Below the pieces are notes generated by a model. It had not been told where the DNA came from, did no database searches, and saw only the letters and a program-made list of their open reading frames with translations. Below are positions 39,823 to 51,331 of a stretch of 64,000 bases of DNA, piece after piece; the stretch's first letter is position 1; every line of letters begins with the position of its first letter. The stretch spans positions 4,030,001-4,094,000 of the forward strand of contig OX597833.1 in NCBI GenBank assembly GCA_951406725.2. The letters run 5' to 3'. The DNA is from Octopus vulgaris. Lineage: Eukaryota. A program made the position numbers and the translations under genes.

Positions 39823-41046
39823 CTAGCAGTATCACCCAGCGTTGCTTGGGTTTGTTTCGACTCTTTAGAAACATTTTTCTGGTTGAAATACACCGAAAAA
39901 TGGTGACACAGCAGTCAAAAAATCGTAAAAAATAGGGATTTTCATAGAAAAAAGCACCTTTTTGATGTAAATAATTTTTGGTGTTAACATGGCCCAATTT
40001 GAATTTTTTCTTCTATGGAAGGAAGAGCAAGCCTTCTTCTACCATACTCTCAATTTTGGTCAACTTGTGCCGCAGGGTCTCGGAGGAGATGGTGTTAGTT
40101 GAAGGCCACCAAACCTGCCGTACACAGACAACTTCAGCTTTATATATATACTAGCAGTATCACCCGGCGTTGCTCGGGGTTGTAAGGGAAATAACTATAT
40201 AAGCATTTTTAGAGATGTAAAGTATAATAGCCATCTCAATATGGCTAACCACAAAGAGGGGCGTTACTGTAGCTTTTTACGTTCTGAGATTTAATAATAC
40301 ATTTTTAGAGAGTTACTTCCCTTATATAATAGCAAAAAAAAATGCATTAAAAATGGGAAAAAATGATGGTAAATTTTTTTTTAAATCGTAGACTCATCGT
40401 AGACGTGCACTAATACCCAGAAGGACTCGATATGAATCACGACTATAAGATACCCGCTTTTAGTTAAACTGCACCGCAAAATGTGGGAGTAGTTAGGAAT
40501 CTAAATCGTAGGAGACAGACAGCACACAACCTCACTTTTATATATATACTAGCAGTATCGCTCGGGTTTGTAAGGGAAATAACTATATAAGCATTTTTAG
40601 AGAGTTACTTCTCTTATAGATGCCAATTCGGGCTTTCTTAGCCATTTCTGTTTTGGTGTCTTCAAGCCATGAAGTCGTTGTTCTAAAAGAACGCTGGTCT
40701 CCTTGACAACGCTTTACGACGTTGATTTCCTTACACTCCCTTCCCCACAGCTTCACAAGGGAGGGAAGAAGGGGGAGAAGCAACACAGGTGTGACCATGG
40801 ACGCCAACTCCGCCACCATCGACACACGAAAAATTATGCATTAAAATGGAATAAAAAATGATGTTAAATTATTTTTAAAATCGTAGACTCATCGTAGACG
40901 CGCGCTAATACCCAGACGGGCTCGATATGAATCACGACTATAAGATAACCGAATTTGGTTAAACTGCACCGCAAAATGTGGGAGGAGTTAGGAATCTAAA
41001 TCGAAGGGGACAGACACTCACACAACTACAGTTTTATATATATAGA
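39823..41046 (-). mobile_element. Three head-to-tail non-autonomous Helitrons
   Basis: CTAG 3' ends at 39823, 40151 and 40549 (hairpin intact in the first two). The second and third are homologous to 31113-31508. Confidence 0.8.
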
Positions 41047-41349
41047 TATATATATATCATCATCATCATCATCATCATCATTTAGCGTCTGTTTTCCATG
41101 CTAGCATGGGTTGGACGGTTTAACTGGGGTCTGTGAAGCCGGAAGGCTTCATCAGGCCCAGTCAGATTTGGCAGTGTTTCTACAGCTGGATGCCCTTCCT
41201 AACGCCAACCACTCCTCGAGTGTAGTGGGTGTTTTTTACGTGCCACCTGCACAGGTGCCAGACAGAGCTGGCAAACGGCCACGAACGGACGGTGCTTTTA
41301 CGTGTCACCAGCATATATATTTGTTTCCTAGTTTCAGCTCAGAGCTGCG

Positions 41350-41380
<31 letters not shown>

Positions 41381-41489
41381 GCTGTTTCAATAGTTCTTGC
41401 CTAACCAATGTGAGTATGGAAGAAACAATGGTGATGATGATGATGATGATGTGAAATATCAATAGTTATAAACCAAAATGTTGCCTCAC

Positions 41490-41648
41490 CGTCATAATAA
41501 CACCGAGCTCCATAGTAACCATTGGCGCAACCCCCTTTGCAAAACCCATTGTAAGAGTTGCATAGCCCCGACAAGCAATGACCGCATTTCCTACATTTGT
41601 GGTGGTACTTATAATATCCCGAGTGACATTTTCGTAGACCGTAATACT
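41490..41648 (-). CDS. Modular gene exon 13: Tyr-rich EGF-like module
   Basis: 159 nt, tttacag/GTGAGG. (E)YYGLRKCHSGYYKYHHKCRKCGHCLSGLCNSYNGFCKGGCANGYYGARCYYD. Confidence 0.9.
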
Positions 41649-41814
41649 CTGTAAATAATTGGAAATGGTCGAATTAGTTGATAAATGGTATTAGTGATTT
41701 ATAGAGTAAACAGACTAAATGATTTATAGGCACAGGATTGGCTGTGTGGTAAGCAGCTTGCTTACCAACCACACGGTCATGGGTTCAGTCCCACTGCACG
41801 GCACCTTGGGCAAG

Positions 41815-42022
41815 TTCCCTTCTTGATCATTCCTAGTGCTCCTACGATCACTGGTATTGTAACCGCCTTGAGATGCCACATTTTCTCAATTTCAATGAGC
41901 AGGTTTTTATATTTTCTGAGCTTGTCAAACTCTTTCGCTGAGATATTATGATCACAGGGGATGCTCATGTCGATCAATAAGCAAACTTTATTGTTTTGGT
42001 CTTTCACAACAATATCCTGTTT
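41815..42022 (-). mobile_element. R4/Dong-like retrotransposon fragment (RLE endonuclease end)
   Basis: DIVVKDQNNKVCLLIDMSIPCDHNI..KYKNLLIEIEKMWHLKAVTIPVIVGALG. Confidence 0.8.
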
Positions 42023-42039
42023 ATTGTTATTATTATTAT

Positions 42040-42594
42040 TGAGTGAGAGAGCAGTTCATGCCATCAAAGTGACACTGGGGTAAAATATACGAAGCCCAAT
42101 ATACCCATCATGACTACCCGTCTGATAAAGATACACCAGGCACATGCATCACAACCATATGTGCGCGACATGGTGATCTCATATCAAGATAAACAGCACA
42201 TGACCTTGCAGGTAGGGCCCAGTTAGAATTTTCTTCAGGTTGAGTAGCCCATCCCGCTCAAACGGTCCCTGAATAAGGGTTGTTTAAAGATGTTGAAAGA
42301 ACCACCCATGTTTCCAGAGGTGAACTATTCAAACTCCAAAGAATCCCTCTCAACACATGGCTATGATGCTCCCCCACTACTTCTGCTCGTGATCAGAGAT
42401 GCACATATCGTCAGCCACTAAGGGACATGCTCAACTGGTTAAGGTCAAACAACTGACAAGCAAATCTGTGGTATTGAGCAGAATATTTCCTGTAACCCAT
42501 CTTTTATACCAAGACAAAACAATGTACATGATAACACTTCCAATCAGTTAAGATCAGAAGCCATGAGAGCCACTGCCTGGTACTGCATCAGAGC

Positions 42595-42598
<4 letters not shown>
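42040..42598 (-). mobile_element. (AAT)n-embedded non-autonomous retroelement, full length
   Basis: Same family as 15528-15921; (TAA)n on both sides. Confidence 0.8.
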
Positions 42599-42630
<32 letters not shown>

Positions 42631-42639
42631 CATTATTTT

Positions 42640-43135
42640 ATTGTCTTTGCACAGCTTCTAATGCTGGAGATGTACTACAGTGTCAGCTGTTCACTACCAG
42701 TGAACAAAGGTAACACCCCTTATTTTTCGAGCACCATCCAGAGTATTCGAGCAGTTCCAAGCAGTGCTGTTTTCTGCAAGTGCTCCACCCTTATTGCAGC
42801 CCCTATTTGTTCCATGTACTTCTCAAGATTTTTACTCACTGTTCCCAGGGTTCTGACAATTATTGGTACTACTACCACCTTTTTCATCGACCACAACTGC
42901 TTAACCTCCCAAGCTAACCTGTCATACCTATCGACTTTTCTTTCTTCCGTATCTCATGCCTTGTTGTCAGCTGGTCATGCTATATCTATGACCCAGCATC
43001 ATTTGCGTTCTTTCTCAATTAACACTATGTCTGGTTTCCTATTCTCTATCTCATGGTCGCACTGAATCATAAAATCCCACAGGATCTTTGCATTATCATT
43101 TTCGATGATGCCTTTGGGTTTATGTTCATACCACA
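42640..43135 (-). mobile_element. R4/Dong-like retrotransposon 3' fragment
   Basis: WYEHKP..KILWDFMIQCDHEIENRKPDIVLIEK..IDIA..LQKTALLGTARIL, a PD-(D/E) RLE domain, lying between (TAA)n tracts. Confidence 0.85.
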
Positions 43136-43478
43136 TAATTATTATTATTATTATTACTACACTCTCGGAGTGGTTGGCGTTAGGAAGGGCATCCAGCTGT
43201 AGAAACACTGCCAGATCTGACTGGCCTGGTGCAGCCTTCGGGCTTGCCAGACCCCAGTTGAACCGTCCAACCCATGCTAGCATGGAAAGCGGACGTTAAA
43301 CGATGATGATGATGATGATGATTATTCTATGTTTGACTTTTGCTTTATGTCTGTACAAGTTGGCTCCAAGTCTCACCCAGAGACCTCAAGAGACAACAGG
43401 TTGGAAGTTCACGTTGTTGTTATGCTTAAAGTGCCATATATTTGGGGTTTTTTTTTGGGTGTTGTACTAGTGAATGTC

Positions 43479-43518
<40 letters not shown>

Positions 43519-43589
43519 GTTATTGTTATACATTTTCTCAAACAATAAAGCAACAAAAATACTAATAACTCAGAGTGTTAGTAATTTAC

Positions 43590-44243
43590 CTTTATAATCA
43601 CATCTCGGTCCGTAATAGTTTAATTCACAACCATCAGAGCAGTAACCACTGTAAGGGTAACAGTATCCATGGAGACAGTGGCCACATTTTCGGCAGCTCT
43701 TGCCATTTCTGTAATATCCTGTACCACAATCACCATAACCATTATAATAGCCATAACCATAACTGGGACCATATCCATAACCATGTCCATATCCAAAACC
43801 ATGTCCATATCCAAAACCATGACCATGTCTGTAACCATAACCATGACCAAGATGATGACCATAGTGGCGGCCACGTCTGCTATGAAAACCAGAACGGTGA
43901 TGACGACCATGATAGGGACCAAAACCATGACCGTGATGATGACCATGACCATGATGATGACCGAAACGACGACGATGACCGAAACCGTGGTGACGACCGA
44001 AACTGCGGCGATGACCGTAACCGTGGTGATGACCATAACCTTGATGATGACCGAAATGACGACGATGACCAAAACCGTGGCGACGACCGAAACTGCGGCG
44101 ATGACCGTAACCGTGGTGATGACCGTGACCATGATGATGACCATAACCTCGGCGACGACCGAAACCGCGGTGACGACCGAAACCGCGGTGACGACCGTAA
44201 CCGCCGTGACTATGAACATTACTGTAACCGCGGCGATGGGATC
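43590..44243 (-). CDS. Modular gene exon 12: Gly/His/Arg-rich block plus EGF-like module
   Basis: 654 nt, tttacag/GTAAAT, phase 1-1. (G)SHRRGY..GRHRGFG..GHHHGYGHRRSFG..DCGTGYYRNGKSCRKCGHCLHGYCYPYSGYCSDGCELNYYGPRCDYK. Confidence 0.9.
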
Positions 44244-44594
44244 CTGTAAATAATTGCAAACAAAATAATTAGATTTCATTAGCAAAAACACTGTCACTTC
44301 TTTACTACACAAATCCTAATTGTCAAAAGAATAAAGAATAATGTTTGAGGTGGACTAACACACTACTATATGTTAATAATTAGGGACTCAATCACTCAAA
44401 TACTTGATTGATGTTTTTTTAGATTTAATGACAATTCAAGCAATCCTATATAGTAGTATCACATTTGTTAATATGTGTGTGTATATATATATACACACAC
44501 ATGTATATATATGTATATATATACCGGAGTAAACACATAAATGTGAAACAAGGTGGAAAAAAGAGTACTCAAATACCAGTGGTAGAGTAATATG

Positions 44595-44759
44595 CTTTAT
44601 TTAAAGCAGCAGAAAATTCAACAAAACCTGTTACTCTGAGTTCCACGTTCCCGTTCGTCGGACAGTTTCTGCTAGAATCTAGCAAAAACTGTCCGACGAA
44701 CGGGAACGTGAAACTCAGAGTAACAGCTTTTGTTGAATTTTCTGCTGCTTTAAATAAAG
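44595..44759. repeat. ~165-bp palindrome (Penelope-like inverted terminus)
   Basis: ~80-bp arms around GCTAG-AAT-CTAGC. A related fragment lies at 22615-22735. Confidence 0.85.
44689..44726 (+). ncRNA. Minimal hammerhead ribozyme-like motif (U4C variant)
   Basis: CUGU-CCGACGA-ACG GGAA CGU-GAAA-CUCAGAG-U-A-ACAG. Confidence 0.55.
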
Positions 44760-44880
<121 letters not shown>

Positions 44881-47628
44881 ATATATGTATGTATGTATAT
44901 ATATGTATATATATTAAATTCAAGTTACGTTGAAAGTCAACAAACAAAGTTTGCTTTAGAAGCGTTGAGATGTATTGAAAGATAAAGATAAGGAAATAAT
45001 TTTATTCTCAAGCGCAGGATAATGCTAATAATATAGCCTGAACAGGATAAACTACCCCTGTTTTGCAGAAAAATCTGCATTTGAGAATAAAATTATTTCC
45101 TTATTTGTGTGTGTGTATATATGTGTGTGTGTGTGTATGCATATATATATTTTTTTTTTTTACTTGTTTCAGTCATTTGACTGCGGCCATGCTGGAGCAC
45201 CGCCTTTAATCGAGCAACTCGACCCCGGGACTTATTCTTTGTAAGCCTAGTACTTACTCTATCAGTCTCTTTTGCTGAACCGCTAAGTGACGGGGACGTA
45301 AACACACAAGCATCGGTTGTCAAGCAATGCTAGGGGAGACAAACACACTCACACAAACACACACACACATATATATATACATATATATATACATATATAC
45401 GACAGGCTTCTTTCAGTTTCCGTCTACCAAATCCACTCACAAGGCATTGGTCGGCCCGGGGCTATAGCAGAAGACATTTGCACAAGATGCCACGCAGTGG
45501 GATTGAACCCGGTACCATGTGGTTGGTTAGCAAGCTACTTACCACACAGCCACTCCTGCGCCTATATATATATATATTACATCAACCAGACTAACAGATG
45601 CTGTTATACATCACTGGTCACAATGCGCTTTGCATCATTTAAACTTACAGATGATGCCAGCCTGTTGGCTAGAGGGGCCAGTGATGTTCCTCTGAATGAA
45701 AGCAAAAGCTCAGCTGGGCCCGACATGATGCAAGATTCAAAGACAACCGGTGACGATGTGCAATGGTCAAGTGGCATCGCAGAGATCAGAAAAGGTTGAT
45801 ATAGGGAGGTACATACACACATACATATTCTGTTCTTTTACCTGTTTCAGTCATTTGACTGCAGCCATGCTGGAGCACTGCCTTTAGTCAAACATATCGA
45901 CCCCACGATTTATTCTAGTACTTATTCTATCGGTGTCTTTTGCTGAGCTGCTAAGTTACAGGAAGGTAAACACACCAACATTAGTTGTCAAGCGATGGTG
46001 GGGGAACAAACACAGACACACAAACATATACATGTATGTGTGTGTATATATATATATATATTGGGCTTCTTTCAGTTTCCTTCTACCAAATCCGCTCACA
46101 AGGCTTTGGTTGGCCCAAGGCTATAGTAGAAGACACTTGCCCAAGGTGCCACGCAGTGGGACTGAACCCAGAACCATGTGGTTGGGAAGCAAGCTTTTTA
46201 CAACATAAGTATATATATGTGTGTGTGTGTGTGTGTTTGGATGTGTGCATAAATTCAATTAATTAAATGCTGTGCAATATTTAGTTTTGACTCTTCATGT
46301 TCTGAGTTCAAATCCCTGGTTGTAATTCACGGTTCCCTGCAGTGCAAATTTGTGGCCCTGTTATTATGCTAAAAATATAATTCACACACACACACACACA
46401 CATATACAAACATATATGTCTGCTACATATAAATTTATATATATATACACACATATATACGTACATATACCTGGACAAACAGAGGGAGTGTTTGTCCAGG
46501 ATAGGACTACACAGCCACAGCAGAAAATGTATCAGGACATGAAATATAAAAGCCGGACTAGACTACTTTATGCGCAACTCCATTGTCTCCCGAGACAAAA
46601 AGAATGCCAACCAATATATGTCTGCAACATATAAATTTATATATATACACACATATATACATACATACATATACATATATATACATGTATGTATGCATGT
46701 ATATACGCTATATATAAATATATGTGTGTGTGTGTTATATTATGCTTGTGCACATAGATATATTTAATCTATCATTATCATTGTCATTATCATCATTATT
46801 ATTATTATTACCATTATTATTATTTTTATCATTATTATTATCATTGTTGTTGTTGTTGTTGTGAGTAATTACAAACAAAGTCATAACTAAAAAAAAAGTG
46901 TTGAGTGCTCTCAATATATAATGTGCGTTAAACATTTATTTCCTTCATAGATATCAGTGCCTGAAATATTGGGATTTTCAATATTTACAGCAACCAAACT
47001 AACTGAACCTACAAACTCTTGGATTTTAACATTACATATTAAAGTTGTAGTACTCCCATAACAATGGTTTCAGGCCAATATCAAGGAATTTCACTACAGC
47101 GAATATTTTATACACTGTCTGCAACTCACCATTAGCTCTGTCTTTCTGTTTTCATTTGTATTATTATTTATGACTTCATATTTCTCATTCAAACATAAAC
47201 TTCAATGTTTTGGATTATTATTGTATAAACTGTTCAAGACAGGCCATATATATGTTTTATGTTTTATGTTTTCCAGTTTCAGCTCTTGAGCTGTGGCCAT
47301 GCTGGGGCACGAGCACTTTCCTGCACTATTGCAAAGAAAATACTACATTGCTCTCATAGCATATTATGCAAAAATGCAATTATGGGCAAATCTACCAGCA
47401 TTGTATAGTCAATCTTAGGAAGGGCCATTCCTAAAATAATATAGTTTAAAACAGTGCAATTATATTGTAAATTTTATATATGACAAACTTGTATTACAAT
47501 AAAGTGGTTTATCATAAAACTGTGTTAAAAAATACAGACTTGTATTCTATTAATATATTATATATTTAAACTTGTAATAATAAAGTTATGTGGAAAATAA
47601 ATAAGATTTCCTAATGATTATAACTTAC

Positions 47629-47676
47629 CTCCCGCAGGATAACCTCTCGAACGATATGGGTGTATAGCGGATCGAA
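47629..47676 (-). CDS. Modular gene exon 11: 16-codon linker
   Basis: atttccag/GTAAGT, 48 nt, phase 1-1. (V)RSAIHPYRSRGYPAG. Confidence 0.75.
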
Positions 47677-48185
47677 CTGGAAATATTTTGGTATCAAAAT
47701 TAATATTAATGTCACAAATTTGTCTTTTAGATGTTATTGTTGCTGTTTTTCTTTTTTTTTTTCAGTATTAAAATATATTTATGGAGAATTTTAAACAAAT
47801 CGTTTTTTTTTTACTTGTTTCAGTCATTTGACTGCGGCCATGCTGGAGCACCGCCTTTAGTCGAGAAAATCGACCCCATAGCTTATTCTGTGTAAGCCTA
47901 GTACTTATTCTATCGGTCTCTTTTGCCGAACCGCTAAGTTACGGGGATGTAAACAAAACAGCATCGGTTGTCAAGCAATGTTGTGGGGACAAACACGGAC
48001 ACACAAACACACACACACATATACGACAGGCTCCTTCCAGTTTCCGTCTACCAAATCCACTCACAAGAATTTGGTTGGCCCGAGGCTTATAGTAACAGAC
48101 ACGTGCCCAAGGTGCCACACAGTGGGAGTGAACCCATGACCATGTGGCTGGTAAGCAAGCTACTTACCACACAGCCACTCCTGCA

Positions 48186-48238
<53 letters not shown>

Positions 48239-48452
48239 ATATAGATAATTCATTATTGCCATTATTGCTTTCATGTTCTCATGGGTCATATGGAATTTAT
48301 TGAGACAGATCTTTTTTACAGCAGGATGCCCTTCCTGTCGCCAACCCTCACTTATTTTCCAAGCAAGGTAACATTTCTTCCATGACCAGAAATGTTTTTA
48401 CAGAATGTAAAGAGGCATAACAAGATACTGATATCGCTAATTTGCTTTCCTT

Positions 48453-48577
<125 letters not shown>

Positions 48578-48750
48578 CCTTTCTGCTAGCACAAGGCCTC
48601 AAATTTGGGGGAAGTCTTAAGTCGATTACATTGACCCCAGTGCATAACTGGTACTAATTTTATCGACCTTGAAAGGATGAAAGGAAAAGTTAACCTCGGT
48701 AGAATTTGAGCTCAGAACGTAAAGACAGACGAAATGCCACTAAGCATTTC

Positions 48751-48785
<35 letters not shown>

Positions 48786-49739
48786 TGATAGATAATAATA
48801 ACAACACCAATAATTCTTTCATTTGTCAAAGTAACACCAGATGAGTGGGAGCACAAGGCCAGCAGTTTTTATGGGGAGAATTTAGTAAATACTATTGTCC
48901 CCAGTATCAGACTGGTGTTTATTACATCAACCCCAGGGAGATGAAAGATAAAGCTACCCTTGGCAGGATTTGATCTCACAATGTCAAAAGTGAGAACAAA
49001 TACTGCAAAACACTGTTTTCTCTTACTTAACTCCTGTCCTAATCCACCACACTCTCTTTTACTCTTTTTACTCTTTTACTTGTTTCAGTCATTTGACTGC
49101 GGCCATGCTGGAACACCACCTTTAGTCGAGCAAATCGGCCCCAGGATTTATTCTTTGTAAGCCCAGTACTTATTCTATCGGTCTCTCTTGCCGAATCGCT
49201 AAGTTACGGGGATGCAAACACACCAGATCGGTTGTCAAGCAATGCTAGGGGGACAAACACAGACACACAAACACACATAAAAAACACCATCCAAGTGTGG
49301 CCGTTCGCCAGCCTCGTCTGGCACCTGTGTCGGTGGCACATAAAATCACCCACTACACTCTCGGAGTGGTTGGCGTTAGGAAGGGCATCCAGCTGTAGAA
49401 ACACTGCCAGATCTGACTGGCCTGGTGCAGCCTTTGGGCTCCCCAGACCCCTGTTGAACTGTCCAACCCATGCTAGCATGGAAAGCGGATGTTAAACGAT
49501 GATGATGATGATGATGATATATACGACAGGCTTCTTTCAGTTTCCGTCTACCAAATCCACTCACAAGGCATTGGTCAGCCCGAGACTATAGTAGAAGACA
49601 CTTGCCCAAGGTGCCACGCAGTGGGACTGAACCCGGAACCATGTGGTTGGTTAGCAAGCTACTTTACCACACAGCCACTCCTGTGTTACTAATACTAATA
49701 ATAATTATGAAGATAGAAACACGAGAATTCTTCACTCAC

Positions 49740-49928
49740 CTGATCGATGGCACTTTTGTCCATGCCACCCTGGTTCACAACCTCTTCTACAATCACCAGT
49801 CTGTTTGTCACATGGTTGTCCGTTTTCACATCGACCGCACTTTTTAATTCCCTTCCGGAAGATATAATAGCCATCTGGACATGTCGTTACACGATAACGA
49901 GGCTCAGGTTTTACCACAACATTAGTTA
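49740..49928 (-). CDS. Modular gene exon 10: basic 7-Cys EGF-like module
   Basis: 189 nt, tttacag/GTGAGT. (V)TNVVVKPEPRYRVTTCPDGYYIFRKGIKKCGRCENGQPCDKQTGDCRRGCEPGWHGQKCHRS. Confidence 0.9.
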
Positions 49929-49980
49929 CTGTAAATAATGATTAATTATATTTGTGTCAGGAAAGAAATTTTAAAAGTAA

Positions 49981-50371
49981 TTAGCAGTATCGCCCGGCGT
50001 TGCTCGGGTTTGTAAGGGAAATAACTATATAAGCATTTTTAGAGATGTAAAGTATAATAGCCATCTCAATATGGTTAACCACAAATGGGGGGGTTACTGT
50101 AGCTTTTTACGTTCTGAGATTTAATAATAAAGTTTTAGAGAGTTACTTCCCTTATATATGCCAAAAATACATTAAAAATGGGAAAAATTGATGGTAAATT
50201 TTTTTAAAATCGTAGACTCATCGTAGACGCGCGCTAATACCCAGAAGGGCTCGATATGAATCACGACTATAAGATACCCGGTTTTGGTTAAACTGCACCG
50301 CAAAATGTGGGAGTAGTTAGGAATTTAAATCGTAGGAGACAGACACACAACCTCACTTTTATATATAAAGA
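49981..50371 (-). mobile_element. Non-autonomous Helitron
   Basis: Homologous to 31113-31508 and 40151-40547, with hairpin CCCGGCGTTGCTCGGG. Confidence 0.8.
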
Positions 50372-51042
50372 TATATCAAAAATTATTCTCCTTAATTTTT
50401 CACGTCTGTTTTGTTGGGTTTTTTTGTTTGTTTTTCATGTTTTTCCCTTTTCTCGTGGGTTAGATGAATATATTATTAAGGCCTTGTTTTACAGCCAGAT
50501 GCCTTTCCTGTAGCTAACCCTTACAGATCGAAAGCTGCTACGCATTTTGTATGAGGCATTAATGATTCTATCAGCTCACTACCTCGATCAAGGGTACAAT
50601 GCCCTAACAGCTAGGTTTCATGGCCTAGTGGGTAGGGTGTTGCACCTATGATCATAAGACCATGGTTTCAAATCCCAGACTGGCTATGTGAAAAACACTT
50701 TTCCCATTACTCGAGTCCACGGATCTGTAAAGTGTAACCTTGTGAGATCAGCTTACAAGGGTGAGACACTGACTCAGGTAAAACACTTGAACGGAGGTCA
50801 CGTGGGCCACATTTTGTATTCAGAAATCAGTAACTTGAATAGTACAACTCATACAGTGACCCGTGACTTGTTGTGATTGGTTGTCCAACCACTTCAAAGG
50901 ATCGTCATCATATTCTATTGATCCAAATGGCTGAAAGACAAATTTCACCTCAGCAGTATTTGAACCCAGAACATGATGAGTGAGAAGATATATTGCAAAG
51001 CATTTTGTTCAAAGTACAAGAATTAAAGAATTCGGCACTCAC

Positions 51043-51228
51043 CTCTTTGCTCACATCTTTGTCCATACCATCCTGTTATACAACCTCTTATACAATAACC
51101 AGTCTGTTTGTTACATGGTTCTCTGTTTATACATTGACCACACTTTTTTATTCCGTTGCCGATGATATAATAGCCATCTGGACATGTTGGTACACGATAA
51201 CGAGGCTCAGGTTTTACCACTTTAGTTA
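51043..51228 (-). CDS. Modular gene exon 9: basic 7-Cys EGF-like module
   Basis: 186 nt. (V)TKVVKPEPRYRVPTCPDGYYIIGNGIKKCGQCINREPCNKQTGYCIRGCITGWYGQRCEQR. Confidence 0.9.
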
Positions 51229-51278
51229 CTGTAAATAATAATTAATTATATTTGTGTCAGAAAAGAAATTTTAGAAGA

Positions 51279-51331
<53 letters not shown>

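Noticed and set aside
43575-44312. Asp/His/Asn-rich, Met/Thr-rich and Val-rich ORFs overlapping exon 12 (similar ones at 38152-38704)
   Set aside because: Shadow frames of a low-complexity exon. Only the Gly/His frame matches the splice phase and the Cys module.
47124-47220. Donor-like ATG|GTGAGT that could mark the first exon of a separate His-rich gene
   Set aside because: No signal-peptide frame upstream, the phase-1 frame has a nearby stop, and an ATG| phase-0 end does not match the phase-1 acceptor of exon 12.
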